DNA from: an uncultured candidate division Zixibacteria bacterium
GTDB lineage: Bacteria > Zixibacteria > MSB-5A5 > RBG-16-43-9
Assembly: GCA_963713865.1 (NCBI GenBank)
Contig: OY970208.1
Coordinates: 1,984,001-2,048,000, forward strand
DNA: 64,000 bases
Direction: 5' to 3'
The notes beneath the pieces were generated by a model. The model did not search any database. It was not told where the DNA came from and saw only the letters and a list, made by a program, of their open reading frames with translations. This document shows positions 60,199-64,000 of the stretch, in pieces. The position numbers were made by a program, and so were the translations under genes. Numbering within the stretch: position 1 is the stretch's first letter; every line of letters starts with the position of its first letter.

Positions 60199-60321
60199 TT
60201 ATCCTTTATAGCCGCAGGTATGAACCACATAATTCATACCTCAGACTTTAGTCTGCGCTACTTTATCGCATGCTTGAGCTTGTGGCTTCCCTATAATATT
60301 AGAAATTATTCTAACAATCAT
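60199..60321 (-). pseudogene. Degenerate kinase 5' fragment plus REP doublet upstream of K1
   Basis: ATGATTGTTAGAATAATTTCTAATATTATAGG resembles ATGATTGGTA.AA.AAT.TCTCATTATA; followed by the same REP doublet and AAAGGATAAGCA-ATG as upstream of K2. Confidence 0.65.
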
Positions 60322-60445
60322 AGTTTCCCGTTGATAGAGCTTTGATTACGTCCTTAATAAATTGAGAAATTATTTATTTGTCAACAAGGAAATTGTTGAC
60401 TCTCCTGTAATGAGATTTATATTGTAAACTGTAGGTAACCAAAAA

Positions 60446-60922
60446 ATGACCGAAAACCTGAATGAAAAATGGATGCAGGTAGCCCTACGGGAAGCAAGGA
60501 TAGCTCTTAAGAAAAAAGAGGTGCCAGTGGGTGCGGTAGCGGTCTATCAGGGTAAAATCATTGGCAGGGGACATAACCAGACCGAAAGTCTAAACGATCC
60601 CACTGCCCATGCTGAAATCTTAGCTATTGGAGCCGCCTCAAATTGCTTAAACTCCTGGAGACTTTCGGAAGCAGATTTATACGTTACCTTAGAGCCCTGC
60701 CCTATGTGTGCTGGAGCAATAGTATTATCCAGGATCAGAAAGCTGGTCTTTGGAGCTTATGATCCCAAAAGCGGTGCCTGTGGTTCCTTATATAATTTAG
60801 TTCAGGATAAAAGGTTTAACCATCAAGTAGAGTTAGTATCCGAGGTATTAAAAGATGAGTGTTCAGAGCTTCTTCAGGCTTTCTTTAAAGAACTGAGAGA
60901 AAGAAAAGATGAATCAGAATAA
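60446..60922 (+). CDS. tadA: tRNA adenosine(34) deaminase
   Basis: EVPVGAV, DPTAHAE, LYVTLEPCPMCAGA, DPK.GA.GS, NH. Confidence 0.95.
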   Translation: MTENLNEKWMQVALREARIALKKKEVPVGAVAVYQGKIIGRGHNQTESLNDPTAHAEILAIGAASNCLNSWRLSEADLYVTLEPCPMCAGAIVLSRIRKLVFGAYDPKSGACGSLYNLVQDKRFNHQVELVSEVLKDECSELLQAFFKELRERKDESE

Positions 60923-61442
60923 AATAGAATCAATTGAAAAGATATATCTCCGGATATTGCATTTAGGAATCCTCATGGACATATTTGCGCCCATAGTCGT
61001 ATTCTTTTTTGCAATTCTCCTCAGAGAGAGATTGATCCATATCCAGAGCATAAAGGAGCTAAACCTCTTATTCTATGTTTTATTAATAATAAGCTTGTTG
61101 GAGATTGCAGCAATTTTCATCTTCAGAAAAAGATTCTGGGAACCTTTTATTCAGAGGAAAGTAGGGCATCTGCCTATGGCGGACAGTCTTGCTCAGAATA
61201 AAGCAGATTCAAATCCTCACTGCTCTATTGAGCAAAATCTCGTTACCTTTGGAATAGTTATCTTTACCCTTTGTTTTTCTCCTTCACTTTATGGATTAAT
61301 CTATTATCTTTTAGGTGGAACCTGGGAGCATTTTGCCATATTCATTGCCATAACTTTTCTCTCTTTCCAGCTGTTTAAACCGAAACAGGAAGAGCTTGAA
61401 AAACTGACCAGAGATTTAAATGTAAGTGCAAATTCTTTTTAA
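60909..61442 (+). CDS. Hypothetical four-TM membrane protein containing an in-frame REP-derived segment
   Basis: Four hydrophobic helices; overlaps the tadA stop; 61161-61229 is repeat-like. Confidence 0.7.
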   Translation: MNQNKIESIEKIYLRILHLGILMDIFAPIVVFFFAILLRERLIHIQSIKELNLLFYVLLIISLLEIAAIFIFRKRFWEPFIQRKVGHLPMADSLAQNKADSNPHCSIEQNLVTFGIVIFTLCFSPSLYGLIYYLLGGTWEHFAIFIAITFLSFQLFKPKQEELEKLTRDLNVSANSF

Positions 61443-61506
61443 TTTATTTAATTTATTTTGTTCTTTTATAAACTCTTAAACTCTAAACTCCTAAACTGTC
61501 TTTCCC

Positions 61507-61601
<95 letters not shown>

Positions 61602-61796
61602 CTTAAGATTTTAACAAGAAGTTATGAGATGGCTATATTAAGTAGTGTCAAGTTCGTACCACAATTTTTGAGGTTATCTTATAGCCAGAATTTATTAAAG
61701 AGGTAATATTTACTACATAGACTACTCAGTCAATGGATAGATGGTAAGAAAGCGAGTAGGTACCTCAAAACGGATAGCTGAGCTTGCTTTCAAAGA

Positions 61797-64000
61797 TCAG
61801 AGAAAAAATTTAGGTTTATGTTGAAAAAAGTACTTCTCGAACTTAATTCTTTCATCTTGCTCAAACAACTGAGGGAGCGATACTAAGCAGCTCATTTTCT
61901 GGAGAGCATTGAGAGACGTATCCTTCTCAATCATTATGCCAAGATGTTTGGGCAACAACTCGAATAATAGCTGCTCCCTCTTCCTTTCGTCAGGAAAAAT
62001 CCTGTAACAAGTGCTTTTCAATGCACTCCAGGCATCCCTTACATACTTGTCGTTTCTTCGGTAACAACGCCACAAAAATGCAGCCCAGATGCTTGCAGCC
62101 CTATTCTCCTGCTCTTGGGATGCTATGCCTGATAGCACACCTCCTGAAGTCCGCAGGGAAAGCGCCCAGCTCGGATATTTCATGCATTCAGAGAGAATTG
62201 ATCCTGGAATGCTTCTGTCAAATAAAACGCTTACCCACCACTCTACTGCTAGACTTACCAATGCAAGGGGATTCAAAGTTGTATCACCAAACTGTTTCAA
62301 CAAAGTTCCTAAAATATCATCATTTAAGAAATCCTGGCTCTCGGGGAGTTTGCCCGGTTTTTTGAAGTCCCTTATCAACTCCTCCAATCGGGTCTTGAGA
62401 TCTGATACTCGAATCGGAATGGTTCTGAGATTCATCCGAATCATCTTAGCGATTAGGGCGGTGCGCTGACTGTTGGTGATTGTGTTATGTGTCACGAGTT
62501 TTTCCATAAAGCCTAATGTGCCTAAGGTAGATAATTGAAAATCTTTTTCTGCCCAGTGTCTGAAAATAGATTCGTCTGAATAAAGGGGTAATCCGAGTTC
62601 CTGGGCCAATAAGAGGTCACCCGTGCCGCTAGCCACCTGAACATCTAACGAAAGTTCATTCTTGACTCTTAGACTCGCACCATGATTTCCAGATTTATCA
62701 ATTCTATGTGTAGTAGATATGCCGGGGTTTCGTATTCGTATTTTAGAACGATTTGCCAGTCTCCATGTCTCTATCCTCTGTGCCAACGGATGAGGGCCTG
62801 TGATACCAAAGATATTATTGTCAACAATGAGCTTAGTACCTCTTGCGATCACAACCTCTTTGAAAGAACCTGTGAGTGCATCAAGAAGCCCGAACTGGGC
62901 TAACGTCAGCAGAGCAGTTATGTCGATACATATTACCTTCGCCATCTCTGCGATGCGAGATTCTCTTTCGAGATCGTTTACATCACCAAAAATGTGTATT
63001 GCATTTCCGAACTCCTTCGAACTGATACAATTATCCCAATATTCAAAAACTGAACCATAACCTGGGAGATATTGCGCTCTGAAAACTAATGGCCAGGGCT
63101 GATTTCTCACAGCAAGCTGTAGGGGGACAGTAGCCAAATATTGCGGAAGCATTATCTCAGATAGCTGAGCAAGAAAATGCTGTCTCATTTCTTCGCTGGA
63201 TAAACCGGACGGTATTTTCATCGTCTTGAAACTGGGATAATTGGGATACTTATTGGAAAATTCGGCTAAGCGAGCCTGAAACTCTCTAACCCATTCTTTT
63301 GCTTCTGTATCCATGTGCTCATTTGGAATTAGTGGGGACATAAAGAACATTACAAGATATCTTGCCTCTGACTCTGGCTTTCCGTGCGTTCTTTTGCCAA
63401 ACTCTACCACATGTCTCAGGATATCCTTAGGGTCGCCTTTACGCCGTTTTTTTAATTCATAAAGTTGGCAGTGAATCTCGGCGATTTCTTTTTCATCTTG
63501 TGTTTTTCCAAGTGCCATCGCAAAGAGCTTAATCGCTGTATCTAGCCGATTAGTATCAGTTGCGATAACCCCCATATTTCGAAGCACGGAATAATCCTTT
63601 TGACCGTGCTTTATATAAACTTGCATGACAGTGAAAGCACCTTCAGCATCGCCCATTTCCATCAAGGCGTAAGCTCTGTCACATAGGAAACGTAGCTCGC
63701 CTGGATAACGGATGAAGGCTTGTCGAAAAACTTGCTCTGCTTCCTCGGGTTTGCCCAAAACCATTAAGGCAGTACCTAAAAGGGAGAATTCCTCGAGGAT
63801 TAATTGTCTTTCTTGGTAGACTTTTCTCAAACATACCTCTATCTCAGCGGAATTTTCTGGAGTCGCGGGAGCAAGATTCAAAGCTAAGTGGCTTAGCAGC
63901 CTCAAATTGCTTGGATGATCTTGTGATGCTAATCGAATTATATTGATAGCTTCTTTTCTAGGAGCACCAGTCTTGATTGCAAGAGAGGCTTTGGTTATGG
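61797..64000 (-). CDS. Large TPR + PIN-like domain protein (C-terminal part; ORF open to window edge), resembling TPR-GreAB-C-PIN conflict proteins
   Basis: Frame has no stop from 63998 to 61800; TPR helices; PIN-like ICIDITALLTLAQFGLLD ... LPLYSDE. Confidence 0.65.
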   Translation of the reverse strand, partial: ITKASLAIKTGAPRKEAINIIRLASQDHPSNLRLLSHLALNLAPATPENSAEIEVCLRKVYQERQLILEEFSLLGTALMVLGKPEEAEQVFRQAFIRYPGELRFLCDRAYALMEMGDAEGAFTVMQVYIKHGQKDYSVLRNMGVIATDTNRLDTAIKLFAMALGKTQDEKEIAEIHCQLYELKKRRKGDPKDILRHVVEFGKRTHGKPESEARYLVMFFMSPLIPNEHMDTEAKEWVREFQARLAEFSNKYPNYPSFKTMKIPSGLSSEEMRQHFLAQLSEIMLPQYLATVPLQLAVRNQPWPLVFRAQYLPGYGSVFEYWDNCISSKEFGNAIHIFGDVNDLERESRIAEMAKVICIDITALLTLAQFGLLDALTGSFKEVVIARGTKLIVDNNIFGITGPHPLAQRIETWRLANRSKIRIRNPGISTTHRIDKSGNHGASLRVKNELSLDVQVASGTGDLLLAQELGLPLYSDESIFRHWAEKDFQLSTLGTLGFMEKLVTHNTITNSQRTALIAKMIRMNLRTIPIRVSDLKTRLEELIRDFKKPGKLPESQDFLNDDILGTLLKQFGDTTLNPLALVSLAVEWWVSVLFDRSIPGSILSECMKYPSWALSLRTSGGVLSGIASQEQENRAASIWAAFLWRCYRRNDKYVRDAWSALKSTCYRIFPDERKREQLLFELLPKHLGIMIEKDTSLNALQKMSCLVSLPQLFEQDERIKFEKYFFQHKPKFFL

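Noticed and set aside
44479-60321. Kinase array as an integron or diversity-generating retroelement
   Set aside because: No integrase or reverse transcriptase in the window; no RYYYAAC/GTTRRRY-bounded attC sites recognised; no TR/VR pair with adenine-specific differences seen

Overview
Low-GC bacterial chromosome segment, mostly minus-strand genes. The gene content (a FlgD/T9SS-type C-terminal sorting tail, LPS heptose and lipid A genes, split GcvPA/PB, kinase-TolB_N-TPR proteins, a multiheme cytochrome) fits an FCB-group diderm such as candidate division Zixibacteria; this taxon is an inference. Housekeeping blocks: AmmeMemoRadiSam radical SAM/DUF362, glycine cleavage H/P1/P2, accB/accC, PilT/PilU-type ATPase, Xaa-Pro peptidase, rfaE1/rfaE2, a GH57 branching enzyme, TldD/PmbA, waaF, lipid A acyltransferase, AsmA, tadA and tRNA-Ser(CGA). 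Accessory features: (i) a sigma54 two-component system upstream of a sigma54-promoter-driven operon of four exported proteins; (ii) a 9-heme secreted cytochrome with an IS1202-family element (16-bp target duplication) inserted flush against its consensus promoter; (iii) a 15.7-kb tandem array of six Hanks kinase/TolB_N-like/TPR genes with mosaic, homogenised kinase 5' ends and divergent sensor 3' ends, in which three genes are preceded by an abortive copy of the kinase start, a palindromic element and then a fresh start; (iv) many GTAG- and TGTC-type REP-like palindromes carrying smaller palindromes nested inside them, one doublet in-frame within a gene; (v) a TPR-PIN conflict-type gene just 3' of the tRNA. 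Three genes carry single-base frameshifts that may be sequencing errors.
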